Virus record (IMG/VR): IMGVR_UViG_3300050132_000119
Coordinates: 1 to 56,544 of that record
Strand: one strand, 5' to 3'
Source: a virus
Lineage: Duplodnaviria; Caudoviricetes
DNA length: 56,544 nt
Part shown: in pieces, positions 8,227 to 17,557 of the stretch
Numbering within the stretch: the stretch's first letter is position 1
How the letters are laid out: the number at the start of each line of letters is the position of its first letter
Translations under genes and position numbers: made by a program
Notes under the pieces: generated by a model
Databases searched by the model: none
The model's input: the letters and a program-made list of their open reading frames with translations, nothing else
What the model was told of the DNA's origin: nothing

Positions 8227-8892
8227 ATGGATATCATTTATTTCTCAAATGTCCGCCTCTCTTTTCCCCACCTCGTGACTCCCCAGGAGCAGGTGAATGA
8301 GTTGACCGGAGTCAAGCGCATCAGCTACAACGGTGAGTTGATCATGCCGCAGGACCATGCTGGGTTCACCCAGTTCATGGCGAAGTATGGTCAATTGGCC
8401 CTGACTGCATGGAAGGAGAACGCACCCGCTGTCATGCAAATGATTCTGCAGGATCGCAAGTCCCGCTGCTTCGGTCGTGGTGAGGAAAAGGTCAACAAAA
8501 AGACCTTCAAACCTTACGATGGGTATCCGGGCATGGTCTACGTCACCATCGGTCGGGACACACCACCACAGATGATCCAAGAGAACGGTCAAGCGATTGA
8601 TCCCAATAACTCCATGGCTTATCAGCAGCTTGCCCGCAAGATGTATGGTGGCTGTCGTGTCAATGCTGCCGTGAAGCCCTGGATTCAGCAGAACAAGCAT
8701 GGTAACGGAATTCGCTGTGACCTGATTGCTCTGCAGTTCGCAGGTGACGATACGGCCTTCGGTGAGGGTGCCACTGACGCATCGGACATGTTCGGTGCCG
8801 TGATCGGTTCAGCACCCAGCTTCATGCAGCCTGCCGCTGCTCCGATGCCTGCTGCACCGTTTGGGATGCCCTCGTTTCTGGGTGGTCATTAA
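8227..8892 (+). CDS. DUF2815-family ssDNA-binding protein
   Basis: NVRLSFPHL...YGGCRVNA...GIRCDLIALQF..D..FG; RBS aaggt. Confidence 0.85.
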   Translation: MDIIYFSNVRLSFPHLVTPQEQVNELTGVKRISYNGELIMPQDHAGFTQFMAKYGQLALTAWKENAPAVMQMILQDRKSRCFGRGEEKVNKKTFKPYDGYPGMVYVTIGRDTPPQMIQENGQAIDPNNSMAYQQLARKMYGGCRVNAAVKPWIQQNKHGNGIRCDLIALQFAGDDTAFGEGATDASDMFGAVIGSAPSFMQPAAAPMPAAPFGMPSFLGGH

Positions 8893-8905
8893 TTAGGTAG
8901 GTTTT

Positions 8906-8980
8906 GGGGTGCGGTTTCTGCACAGGGGCGTGGTTAGGTTCACGTTCCTGCGGGCTTTCTCCGAGTCAGAGCCGCACCTC
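8906..8980 (+). ncRNA. Candidate three-way-junction structured RNA
   Basis: Outer stem ggtgcggtttctg/cagagccgcacc; inner stems caggggcgtg/cacgttcctg and ggct/agtc with G-U pairs. Confidence 0.45.
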
Positions 8981-9002
8981 ATCTTTTCGTAAAAGGTAAC
9001 CT

Positions 9003-9368
9003 GTGATGAAAATTAAAACGAATCGTGTGGATAACAAGCTCGGCGATTTCCCACTTACACCTTCTCACACAATTGACGGGAAGCTATTATTCTCAGGTCG
9101 TACACTCTTTGAACTGAGATCGACACACGGGCTCCCTCTTGATTTTGCACTCTCTCGGGTAATTACTGGCCTAGGGATGGCGGTGGACTGGGTAGGATTC
9201 ATTGAGACTGCTAGGCGTAATAATTGGTGGGACTATCAGACCTACGAGGTGATATGTCACGGAATGGAAGATGCTGGGTTGCCGAAAGAGATGCAGAGTG
9301 CAATCCGCACAAGATTCCAAAAGTACGTTCTTCTTCATCAACACCCAAAGATGTCGGGTGCTGAATGA
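9003..9368 (+). CDS. Protein with alanyl-tRNA-synthetase-like helical motif
   Basis: SGRTLFELRSTHGLPLDF resembles the AlaRS G..AF.LYDTYGFP.DL motif. Confidence 0.6.
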   Translation: MMKIKTNRVDNKLGDFPLTPSHTIDGKLLFSGRTLFELRSTHGLPLDFALSRVITGLGMAVDWVGFIETARRNNWWDYQTYEVICHGMEDAGLPKEMQSAIRTRFQKYVLLHQHPKMSGAE

Positions 9369-10780
9369 GTAACGATTATGTGTTCGATTTAGAAACCTAC
9401 CCCAACGTATTCACCATGGCAGTGGAGCACTGTGATTACCCTCTCACCTGGGCATTTGAAATCTCCCCTTGGCGCAATGACTCCAGAGCCATTATTGACT
9501 TTGTGATGTGGCTCAAGAGTCAGGGCGCTCGGATGGTCTCCTTCAACGGCCTCGGATTCGATTATCCAATTCTCCACATGCTCATGAAGATGGGTAACGG
9601 CGATGCGCAGACCCTGTACGGCAAGGCCATGGCAATTATCAATTCACAGGATGACGATGATAAGTGGGCTCACTCTGTTAACCCGAGTGACCGAATCGTG
9701 ACTCAGCTAGATTTGTACAAGATCAGACATTTTGACAACAAGTCCCGCCGCACTGGACTCAAGAGTCTCGAATTCAATATGAGGATGGATAATATCCAGG
9801 ACTTACCGTTCAAGGTGGGCAGTTCACTGACTCAGGACCAGTTGCCTGTACTCAAGCAGTACAACGCACACGATGTCCGCGCAACCAAGGAGTTCTACTT
9901 CAAGAATCTGGACAAGATCAAATTCCGGGAAGAATTGACTCTGAAGTATCAGCGAGATTTTATGAATCACAACGATACCAAGATCGGCAAGGACTACTTC
10001 ATCATGAAGCTGGAGGAAGCCGGGATTCCCTGCTACGAGTTTGGTCCTATGGGTCGTACCCCTCGGCAAACCAAGCGCCCTCAGATTGCGTTGCGTGATG
10101 CGATTCTTCCCTGGATCAAATTTGAACAGCCCGAGTTCACCCGGATTCTGAACTGGTTCAAGGAACAGACCATCACTGAAACCAAGGGTGTCTTTGAGGA
10201 TATCGTTGCTCGGGTCAACGGATTTGATTTCGTATTCGGGCTCGGTGGTATCCATGGGTCTGTTGAGAACCAGATTCTGGTGTCGGATGACGAGTTCGTT
10301 ATTGTGGATATCGATGTGGCATCCATGTACCCGAATCTGGCAATTGCCAATGGGTTCTACCCTGAGCATCTGGGGCCGATGTTCGTCAATATCTACAAGC
10401 ACCTGTACGAACAGCGTAAGTCGTATGGAAAGAACACCGCAGAGAATGCGATGCTGAAGCTCTCATTGAATGGTGTTTACGGGGACAGCAATAACAGATT
10501 CAGTGTGTTCTTTGATCCGCTGTTCACCATGAAAATTACACTGAATGGGCAGCTTCAGATTTGCATGTTGGCAGAGAAGCTGATGCAGATTCATCAGTTG
10601 ACTCTGATCCAGTGCAACACAGATGGTGTGACCATGAGGGTTCCCAAGAATCTCAAGTACCGGGTATCTGAAGTCTGCGCTGAATGGGAGAAGCTGACCA
10701 AGTTGCAGCTTGAGGAAGCCATCTATTCAAGGATGTTTATACGGGATGTGAACAACTACATTGCGGAGTACATAGAATGA
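9365..10780 (+). CDS. Family B DNA polymerase, N-terminal fragment (exonuclease + palm/fingers)
   Basis: ExoI FDLE, ExoII FNG..FD, ExoIII YN.HDV; motifs DVASMYP, KLSLNGVYG, NTDG. Confidence 0.9.
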   Translation: MSNDYVFDLETYPNVFTMAVEHCDYPLTWAFEISPWRNDSRAIIDFVMWLKSQGARMVSFNGLGFDYPILHMLMKMGNGDAQTLYGKAMAIINSQDDDDKWAHSVNPSDRIVTQLDLYKIRHFDNKSRRTGLKSLEFNMRMDNIQDLPFKVGSSLTQDQLPVLKQYNAHDVRATKEFYFKNLDKIKFREELTLKYQRDFMNHNDTKIGKDYFIMKLEEAGIPCYEFGPMGRTPRQTKRPQIALRDAILPWIKFEQPEFTRILNWFKEQTITETKGVFEDIVARVNGFDFVFGLGGIHGSVENQILVSDDEFVIVDIDVASMYPNLAIANGFYPEHLGPMFVNIYKHLYEQRKSYGKNTAENAMLKLSLNGVYGDSNNRFSVFFDPLFTMKITLNGQLQICMLAEKLMQIHQLTLIQCNTDGVTMRVPKNLKYRVSEVCAEWEKLTKLQLEEAIYSRMFIRDVNNYIAEYIE

Positions 10781-11301
10781 AACCTCTGACTCAGGAGACG
10801 ATATGCAATGTGTTCAATTACGACCCTGCAACTGGTGAGTTCTGGAGAATTCTCACAGGTCATAATAAATCAAAAACAGGCACCATCTCAGTCAGACGCC
10901 AGATTCGTGCTGCTAGTCGAGGGTATCTTCAGGTTGGATTTTCTGGAAAAGTCTATTATGTTCATAGACTCGTTTGGGTGTGGATGACTGGTCAAATTCC
11001 TACGTTTATAGATCATATTGATGGAAATAAGAAGAATAATGAGTGGGCAAACCTACGACAAGTTCTGCGGGATGATAATTATCTGAATCTAGGTGTCGGC
11101 ACCCGGAATAATTCTGGTGTTACTGGTGTCTACTGGCACCCCGCTGTGAATAAATATGCAGTGCAGATAACTAAAAACGGTAAGCAGAAGTATCTAGGCT
11201 GCTTTGATAGTATCGAAGAGGCAACTGCTGTCAGAAAAGAAGCTGAGTCATTACTTGGTTTCCATCCTAATCACGGAGAACGACTATCATGGCGCGAGTG
11301 A
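10777..11301 (+). mobile_element. HNH-AP2 homing endonuclease inserted in the polymerase gene
   Basis: YDPATGEF, HRLVW, IDHIDGNKKNN..ANLR, SGVTGV..KYLG.F; AT-richer than flanks. Confidence 0.9.
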
Positions 11302-11714
11302 AAAGAAAAGGTGCGTATGAGTGGGATGTGGAATGGCATCAGAATCACTCAGCGCTCATTGTTCCAAAAGTAACTGAGATGGTATTACTCGATGGGGCAC
11401 CAATCAGAGAGACTGTGGAATCATGGACAGATATGTATGATTTCTTCATTCGTACCAAAGTACCCCGTTCCAGCTACCTCCAGTGGGGTGAGGCTCAGGC
11501 CCAAAACGTGTCCCGCTACTATGTGGCAAAGGGTGGCAAGCCTCTGTTCAAGCATATGCCGCCACTGGCGAAGAAGCCTAATGAGTGGCGCAAGTTTGCA
11601 GTAGAGAGTGGTTGGAATGTGCAGATTTGCAATGACATTCGGGATGCTACTTTGCCTGTGGATTTCGATTATTATGTGAATGAAATTGAAAAGCTCGTAT
11701 TAGGATTGTCATGA
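11289..11714 (+). CDS. Family B DNA polymerase, C-terminal (thumb) fragment
   Basis: VKRKGAYE...WHQNHS...RYYV...DFDYYVNEIEKL; own GGAG RBS. Confidence 0.85.
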   Translation: MARVKRKGAYEWDVEWHQNHSALIVPKVTEMVLLDGAPIRETVESWTDMYDFFIRTKVPRSSYLQWGEAQAQNVSRYYVAKGGKPLFKHMPPLAKKPNEWRKFAVESGWNVQICNDIRDATLPVDFDYYVNEIEKLVLGLS

Positions 11715-11872
11715 ATCTTGAAGAATTTTACGAATGGTTGAAAGACTCACTGCACTACTTCGGTCTACGCTGGTCCGATAAGCACTTGGTCGAAGTAAGC
11801 ATCAGCAAGGGACAAATTTGTCTGTCTTATGGTGGCATGGAAGTCAGAAGAACCACTCCGATGAAAGACTGA
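11711..11872 (+). CDS. 53-aa hypothetical protein
   Basis: MNLEEFYEWLKDSLHYFGL...; ATGA-coupled, fills the gap. Confidence 0.6.
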   Translation: MNLEEFYEWLKDSLHYFGLRWSDKHLVEVSISKGQICLSYGGMEVRRTTPMKD

Positions 11873-11873
11873 C

Positions 11874-12161
11874 ATGAATCAATCTGAATGTACTCGATAT
11901 AACAATCATCATCCTCAAATGAGTATTGATGAATGGCGGCGCAAGTATCTTAACGAGGGGTTTCCTCAAACCAACACCACCAAAACCGTAGCCATAGACC
12001 ACGATTACCACTGGCGCAAGATCGACCGAGACACTCCCTTGGGTGTCAAGGTCCAACTGATCAGCCGAGGGCGCTCAGGAGTCGCGTCATATGGCATCCT
12101 GGGTTCTGCGAATACTTGGTTCACTCACTGGGCTCCGTTGCCCACTTTTAAGAAAGACTGA
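11874..12161 (+). CDS. Hypothetical phage protein
   Basis: W..I...TP.G.KVQL...THWAPLP motif common in phage proteins. Confidence 0.7.
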   Translation: MNQSECTRYNNHHPQMSIDEWRRKYLNEGFPQTNTTKTVAIDHDYHWRKIDRDTPLGVKVQLISRGRSGVASYGILGSANTWFTHWAPLPTFKKD

Positions 12162-12163
12162 TT

Positions 12164-12619
12164 ATGGGAACAAAACCTGAGTGCTTTGGGCAAAGAAAGC
12201 CATACATCGTAGAGATATGCAGAACATGTTCGTTCCGAGAGGATTGTGGTGTAGCGGATTGCGGCCCCTCGGCATCAAAATTGAATGAAGTGGCGAAGGA
12301 GACTCTTCGCGCTATTTCAGAGCGGCGCATGAACGAACGAGATGAGATATGTGTTGCTATGATGAATAGCGCATTCGAACCCAATTACACCAAAGCCAGC
12401 ACCCGCCAAGTCGGAGGAACCCATTACAAGGATATGGGTATCCAGACCTGGGATGTTGTGGATACGTGGCCCCGAGAACAACGCATCGGGTATTACCGTG
12501 GCGGGGCTCTCAAGTACCTCATGCGCATGGGGTCAAAGGATGAGAATGCTCAGGAGATTGCCAAGGGGCAGCACTACCTTGAGAAACTTTTGGAAGTTCT
12601 AACGGAGATATCGAAATGA
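12164..12619 (+). CDS. DUF3310 (SaV-like) protein
   Basis: QVGGTHYK...Q.WD...KYL.R.G.K...KG.HYLEKL. Confidence 0.8.
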   Translation: MGTKPECFGQRKPYIVEICRTCSFREDCGVADCGPSASKLNEVAKETLRAISERRMNERDEICVAMMNSAFEPNYTKASTRQVGGTHYKDMGIQTWDVVDTWPREQRIGYYRGGALKYLMRMGSKDENAQEIAKGQHYLEKLLEVLTEISK

Positions 12620-12855
12620 AAGAACATGAGACCTACAACGAATTCGCGGAGCATCATGAGATATCAGGTTGGTCACCCGAGTCTTACTACGCAGAGTTAG
12701 CGTGGAATGCCTCAGTCGCCCGTATTACGCACTTACTGGAGGGTGCCAAGTTTTCAGGAATCAAAGATTGGTACGAAACACTTCATATGGAATTAGATGA
12801 AATGAATACTGGTTTCAAAGGAGATGAAGATGCCGACACCAAAAAAACCTCTTGA
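12616..12855 (+). CDS. Hypothetical protein
   Basis: GGAG RBS, ATGA coupling. Confidence 0.6.
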   Translation: MKEHETYNEFAEHHEISGWSPESYYAELAWNASVARITHLLEGAKFSGIKDWYETLHMELDEMNTGFKGDEDADTKKTS

Positions 12856-13132
12856 GAAAAGCATCGAGGCTGCTGTGTGCCTCTATGCGCGGAGTAAGGG
12901 ATGCCTTGCTTTCAAGTTCTCCAGTCCTGCACGGGCTGCGGTACCCGATAGGTTGATGATTGCTCCTGGTGGGCGAGTCTGGTTCTGCGAACTCAAGCGC
13001 ACCGGAGCCAAGGCAACCCCGGCTCAATTGCGTGAGCACGAGTTGTTGCGGGCTCAGGGTGCCACGGTGTTCCTGATTGACAATGTGCCTGATGGCAAGG
13101 CTATGGTGGATCTGATGGTGATGGGATGCTGA
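12824..13132 (+). CDS. VRR-NUC domain nuclease
   Basis: EKSIE...PDR...FCELK...TPAQ. Confidence 0.9.
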   Translation: MKMPTPKKPLEKSIEAAVCLYARSKGCLAFKFSSPARAAVPDRLMIAPGGRVWFCELKRTGAKATPAQLREHELLRAQGATVFLIDNVPDGKAMVDLMVMGC

Positions 13133-14538
13133 CCCCTGACCTGCTCCATGAGTATCAAAAGAAAGCCGTCAATTTCCAATGTACTCACCCTGAGTCCATG
13201 CTTTGGTTGGACATGGGCTTGGGGAAGACTGTTATCACCCTCACCAGCATTTCACATTTGCTGAATACCGGATTCCTGAAGGGTGTGGTCATCGTTGCCC
13301 CGATTCGAGTTATTCGACTGGTCTGGAGGCAAGAAGCGCTCAAGTGGTCAAATACACAATACCTGAAGTTCAGTATGGTCACCGGAACCAAGGACCAGAG
13401 AACCCGAGCCATCCTGCGACCCGCTGATGTGTACCTGATCAATTACGAAAACCTCGGCTGGATGGCTGAGGTTTTACAGACCTACTTCATCAAGAAGAAC
13501 CTCGAACTCCCGTTCAATGGTCTTGTGTGGGACGAGGTGTCAAAGATGAAGAACAGTATGACCATCCGAGTCAGTTCCGTGAAGAAGATTCTTGATAAGT
13601 TCAAGTGGAGAACGGGACTTACAGGTACGCCAGCATCTAACGGCTACAAAGATTTGCATGGTCAGTTTCTCGTAGTAGATGAGGGTCGCAGGCTCGGTAC
13701 CAGTAAGACCAAGTTCGTGCATGAGTGGTATCGAAAGGTGGCTCAGGAGTCACGCAAGACCATTGCATACAAGGATACCGAAGACCGGATCAAGCAACTC
13801 ATTGGGGATATGACCCTTGAGATGAGTGCCGCAGATTACAACCCGCTACCTGACCTAATTGTCAATGATGTGGTAGTCGAGATGCCCTTGGAACTCCGGG
13901 CCATGTATGACATGCTGGAAAAGGACTTCTTCATCCAACTTGATTCGGGTTCCACTGTTGAGGTGTTCAATCAGGCGTCTCTGACAAATAAATGTCTCCA
14001 ATTTTCGAACGGCTCAGTCTATCCGGTTGCAGGAATGCCGTTATGGGAGCCCATTCACCAATTGAAGCTAGATGCCCTAGAGGACATACTCGATGAGGCT
14101 CAGGGGAACCCTGTACTGTGTTCATATGCTTATCGGAGTGATGCTGCGCGAATCATGGAACGATTCAAGGATCTGCGACCCATCAATCTCACGGAGTGCA
14201 AGTCCGAAGCCTCACTGGTGGAGGCCATGAGGCGCTGGACTACGGGAGACTGTGCTCTGATGATTGGTCATCCCGCCAGCATGGGCCACGGGATCGACGG
14301 ACTCCAGAAGATGGGTCACATCGTGGTTTGGTTTGGACTCACTTGGAGTCTTGATCTCCTAGACCAAATGAATGCCCGTATCAGACGCCAGGGTCAAGGT
14401 GCCCCAGTAATCTGTCACCGAATCCTGATGCTCGATACCCTGGACCAGGCACAGGCTCTGGCTCTGGACTCCAAGGCCGTGACCCAGGCGAGTCTGAGAA
14501 ACTCAATCAAGGAATACCGAAAATCCCGGAATCTGTGA
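13126..14538 (+). CDS. SNF2-like SF2 helicase
   Basis: DMGLGKT, DEVS, LTGTP, GHGIDGLQ, Q.NARI.RQGQ. Confidence 0.9.
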   Translation: MLTPDLLHEYQKKAVNFQCTHPESMLWLDMGLGKTVITLTSISHLLNTGFLKGVVIVAPIRVIRLVWRQEALKWSNTQYLKFSMVTGTKDQRTRAILRPADVYLINYENLGWMAEVLQTYFIKKNLELPFNGLVWDEVSKMKNSMTIRVSSVKKILDKFKWRTGLTGTPASNGYKDLHGQFLVVDEGRRLGTSKTKFVHEWYRKVAQESRKTIAYKDTEDRIKQLIGDMTLEMSAADYNPLPDLIVNDVVVEMPLELRAMYDMLEKDFFIQLDSGSTVEVFNQASLTNKCLQFSNGSVYPVAGMPLWEPIHQLKLDALEDILDEAQGNPVLCSYAYRSDAARIMERFKDLRPINLTECKSEASLVEAMRRWTTGDCALMIGHPASMGHGIDGLQKMGHIVVWFGLTWSLDLLDQMNARIRRQGQGAPVICHRILMLDTLDQAQALALDSKAVTQASLRNSIKEYRKSRNL

Positions 14539-14586
14539 CTGTTACAAATTATTTTTGTAAAGTTGTGGAAAATTGGAAAACAGGTG

Positions 14587-14630
14587 TGCTACACTGCGCA
14601 TCACCGTAACTCAAAAGGACTGTAATGAAA
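14587..14630 (+). promoter_or_regulatory. Extended -10 promoter/RBS unit (repeat copy 2)
   Basis: TGcTACACT after an AT-rich tract; repeat of 912-952. Confidence 0.55.
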
Positions 14631-14996
14631 CCCCTTCACTATTACTCAATCCGGGTCACCACCCCAACAGGAAACTGTTCACGCAGGATCGCCCAGATCC
14701 CTGACACTGAGGCTCCGAACACCGAAGCATACCGCTTGGCTGGACCCGATGACAAAGTGGAGTACAAATACCTGGGTGCGGGTAAACCATTACATAAAGC
14801 CTTTGGTCCTATGGGTCAGGCATTCCATACTGCCGAGCAACGGATCAGTTATGAGAAGGGACTCCAGGGTCATTGTACCTATGGTGGTGGATCACTCGGT
14901 ATGACCGCGAGTAACTTGGATGATTTCAGTTATCTCGGTCAAGCAGATGCCGAGATTGTCTGGGACTTGCAATCTGGTCAGGAGTGTGAGCAATGA
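14625..14996 (+). CDS. Hypothetical early protein
   Basis: AAGGA RBS; N-terminus shared with ORF 1546. Confidence 0.75.
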   Translation: MKPLHYYSIRVTTPTGNCSRRIAQIPDTEAPNTEAYRLAGPDDKVEYKYLGAGKPLHKAFGPMGQAFHTAEQRISYEKGLQGHCTYGGGSLGMTASNLDDFSYLGQADAEIVWDLQSGQECEQ

Positions 14997-15379
14997 GCGC
15001 ATCACTTGCACTGAGTTCAATGGCGCTTGCTAATTCCAGTATCGCACTGGCTGAAGCAAGTCACGCGGCAGATGTTGCATGTCAGGCACTGGTTGGCACA
15101 TACAACGCAACTGGGGCTACCAGAGAGGCTGCGAGAGCCTACGCGGAGTGTGTCATGCGAATTTACCCAGACACTGGTGGCGGTAATTATACACTGATCA
15201 TCAAGACGCTGATTGTCATGGGTCTACTGGGAATACCGGTTGGTATGTGGGTAGCAGTCCGAGAGTTTGATGATTGGACCTCTTATGTTCTAGGAGGACT
15301 CTTTGGTGCAGTCGGTATTCCATGTATCGGAATGATACTTGGTGGTATCGTCTACTGTGTGATGTTTCTGTTCTCATAG
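14993..15379 (+). CDS. Membrane protein
   Basis: Two hydrophobic C-terminal segments; AGGAG RBS. Confidence 0.7.
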   Translation: MSASLALSSMALANSSIALAEASHAADVACQALVGTYNATGATREAARAYAECVMRIYPDTGGGNYTLIIKTLIVMGLLGIPVGMWVAVREFDDWTSYVLGGLFGAVGIPCIGMILGGIVYCVMFLFS

Positions 15380-15387
15380 GATTCAAA

Positions 15388-15558
15388 ATGATTACCTTTA
15401 TTGACAGCGATGAAGCCGAGTGGGAGATGAACGATCTGCGGGCTCAGGTTCAGGCAGAGCGCAGATACGCTCGGGCACTTGCTGCTAATCCCGACTGCCG
15501 TGATCCGGATCACCCTGGTTGCGATTCCTGTAACGAAACTAAGGAGAGTGAGGAATGA
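15388..15558 (+). CDS. Small protein with C-terminal HPGCxxC
   Basis: MITFIDSD...PDCRDPDHPGCDSC. Confidence 0.65.
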   Translation: MITFIDSDEAEWEMNDLRAQVQAERRYARALAANPDCRDPDHPGCDSCNETKESEE

Positions 15559-15770
15559 ATAATCTAAAACTGACTGAGTGGTTCCCTGCAACAGTCAAAC
15601 CTGTTCATGAGGGTGTGTATGAAATCCGCATCGACTATTTTGGTACCAGTTACGCTACTTGGTCTAAGGGTTTATGGACAGTGAGTGCACTCTCCAGGTC
15701 TTCAGCGGGGCATCAACAGCGCCCGTCATTCCAGCAAAACAAGACTTGGCGCGGAGTGTCCAAGGAATGA
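15555..15770 (+). CDS. Tandem paralog A
   Basis: MNNLKLTEWFPATVKPVHEGVY...WRGV. Confidence 0.8.
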   Translation: MNNLKLTEWFPATVKPVHEGVYEIRIDYFGTSYATWSKGLWTVSALSRSSAGHQQRPSFQQNKTWRGVSKE

Positions 15771-15976
15771 ATAATCTAAAACTGACTGAGTGGTTCCCTG
15801 CAACAGTCAAACCTGTTCATGAGGGTGTGTATCAGGTTTATATATCTTCATGCTTTGAAGAATACGCAATGTGGAAGAATGGTGAGTGGTCCTTGTCCAG
15901 ATTAACGAAAGATGGTGATTTCCGATTCGTTGCTGGTCGGTACCAGAATAAAGACTGGCGCGGAGTCCAGAAATGA
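15767..15976 (+). CDS. Tandem paralog B
   Basis: First 22 aa identical to paralog A; also ends WRGV. Confidence 0.8.
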   Translation: MNNLKLTEWFPATVKPVHEGVYQVYISSCFEEYAMWKNGEWSLSRLTKDGDFRFVAGRYQNKDWRGVQK

Positions 15977-16164
15977 AATCCTTCACTCCCAAATGGTGGC
16001 CCAAGGCACCCACCCCTCTCGAAGTCGCAGCCTCAGAACTGGTGCAAGCAGAACACGCGAAGCTGAGAGCGCAGACTCAGGCTGAGTGGTTTGACGCAGA
16101 AGTGATTTTCAATACTCAGCGTATCGAGAGACTCAAAATTTATATTCAGGAGATGACTAAATGA
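15973..16164 (+). CDS. Hypothetical protein
   Basis: ATGA coupling; helical. Confidence 0.65.
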   Translation: MKSFTPKWWPKAPTPLEVAASELVQAEHAKLRAQTQAEWFDAEVIFNTQRIERLKIYIQEMTK

Positions 16165-16415
16165 GCAAGGTTCACATCGTAATCGGTAAGCGGGCAAAAC
16201 ACTTGGTCCGGCCAAAAGAGGATCTGGCACCCAAGCGCATGAGGGACAACAGCGCCAAATATGTGGCGCGGGTCCGGGAGGCGAATGAGGCCCACCCGAA
16301 TCAGAAGAATATCTGGTCCGAGGGGCACTACGATGGGGCTGAACTGAAACCGTTTGAGGGGCGTCCAGGAAGCATGGATGCGTTTTATCTACCTAGTCTG
16401 GGGGTGGCGACATGA
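16161..16415 (+). CDS. Hypothetical protein
   Basis: AGGAG RBS; YDGAEL...RPGSMDAF.LPS. Confidence 0.7.
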   Translation: MSKVHIVIGKRAKHLVRPKEDLAPKRMRDNSAKYVARVREANEAHPNQKNIWSEGHYDGAELKPFEGRPGSMDAFYLPSLGVAT

Positions 16416-16720
16416 CCAACTGCAGCCAAACCTGCAACCAGGGTCGCACATGTGAATGTGAATGTGAGATGCGGGCAGTTCGTAATATCAACGATCTCAC
16501 TGACGTTGAGTTGGCGCGATATGCTGAGTATGTGGGCCTACGGGAACCCGAAGACTACTGGTACGCGGTTACCTGGAAAGAGGTTGCATCAGACCTAGGT
16601 GTCGCTATCTGTGCGGTGCTTGTGGCTGGACTCACTCTAGGCGTGTATAGTGGTCTGTTTGCCCGTGCCGATGTGGTGTGGCCGGGGCACTGGATGATTC
16701 ACTTTTTGGGGGGATTGTGA
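16412..16720 (+). CDS. Membrane protein with N-terminal Cys cluster
   Basis: CSQTCNQGRTCEC plus TM segment. Confidence 0.65.
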   Translation: MTNCSQTCNQGRTCECECEMRAVRNINDLTDVELARYAEYVGLREPEDYWYAVTWKEVASDLGVAICAVLVAGLTLGVYSGLFARADVVWPGHWMIHFLGGL

Positions 16721-16968
16721 TGAACTACAAACCCAGCACCCGGACCCCGCAGAAGCGCAAGACCTTGGCCGACCTAAGACCCGCACTGAAGGAAGTGGAA
16801 CCCAGCAATGCAGGGATGGTGCACACCAAGAAACAGCAGCTTGCAGAGATCTTGCTGAAGCGGCTCAAGTATCTGGATAACCTACTGAATAGTCCCAACG
16901 TGCACCTGGAGTCGATCCGGGAAGCGCAGCGGGAGAAGACTCAGATTTATGATGGTATTGCGGATTAA
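16720..16968 (+). CDS. Hypothetical protein
   Basis: TGATG coupling. Confidence 0.6.
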   Translation: MNYKPSTRTPQKRKTLADLRPALKEVEPSNAGMVHTKKQQLAEILLKRLKYLDNLLNSPNVHLESIREAQREKTQIYDGIAD

Positions 16969-16978
16969 GGAACATGAA

Positions 16979-17557
16979 ATGACAACACCAAAAACCCGCG
17001 TCGTCGAAGGCGTGACGTATGAGCAAGAGTCGGAGTCTGAACACTACGGCAGGCGGTGTGATGAATGCGTAGCGGCACCGTTCCTATCGCCCTTGTGTGA
17101 CACTCTTGCGCCTAGATTTTGTCACGCAATCTGGCAAGTCGCAAAGCCAGCCGCAACCCCTGCGCTGAGTGTCGGAGAGTACGCCATTCAGGTGGAGTAT
17201 CTGCGAGGAAACAGGATGAACTCGTTCGCAGACACGATCGAGTCTCTTGTTGCCAAGGTTGCGGAGTTGAGCAGTCAATACGGGGACGAAGTATCCCGAA
17301 CCGCACAGTTACTTGAAGAGTGCGACGCCCTGCAACTGAAGTTCGAGGGTGCGGAGAAGGATGCTGTTCGATTGGATTACGTTCTACGTAAGTTGGCATT
17401 CATAGAAGCGTCTGACACTGACGCTGGAGGAACAGCGTTTCAACTACTCACGCAAGACGAGGATGAGAACTTCATCCTACTGTCTGGTGACGGGTTCTAC
17501 CCAACACATCGCGCAGCAATCGACGCCGCACATGGCATTACTAAGGAGCCGACATGA
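16979..17557 (+). CDS. Hypothetical mosaic protein
   Basis: AAGGA RBS; Cys domain + coiled coil + DA.RLD...R.AIDAA module. Confidence 0.7.
   Translation: MTTPKTRVVEGVTYEQESESEHYGRRCDECVAAPFLSPLCDTLAPRFCHAIWQVAKPAATPALSVGEYAIQVEYLRGNRMNSFADTIESLVAKVAELSSQYGDEVSRTAQLLEECDALQLKFEGAEKDAVRLDYVLRKLAFIEASDTDAGGTAFQLLTQDEDENFILLSGDGFYPTHRAAIDAAHGITKEPT

Noticed and set aside
8906-8980. Canonical tRNA gene
   Set aside because: No four-arm cloverleaf, T-loop consensus or CCA end
10777-11301. Group I intron or intein in the polymerase
   Set aside because: The HNH ORF overlaps both exons, leaving no room for a ribozyme core; stops and frame changes exclude an intein (RT-PCR would be decisive)
15551-15976. 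Paralog pair as a DGR template/variable repeat
   Set aside because: No reverse transcriptase seen; differences are not adenine-specific and include indels
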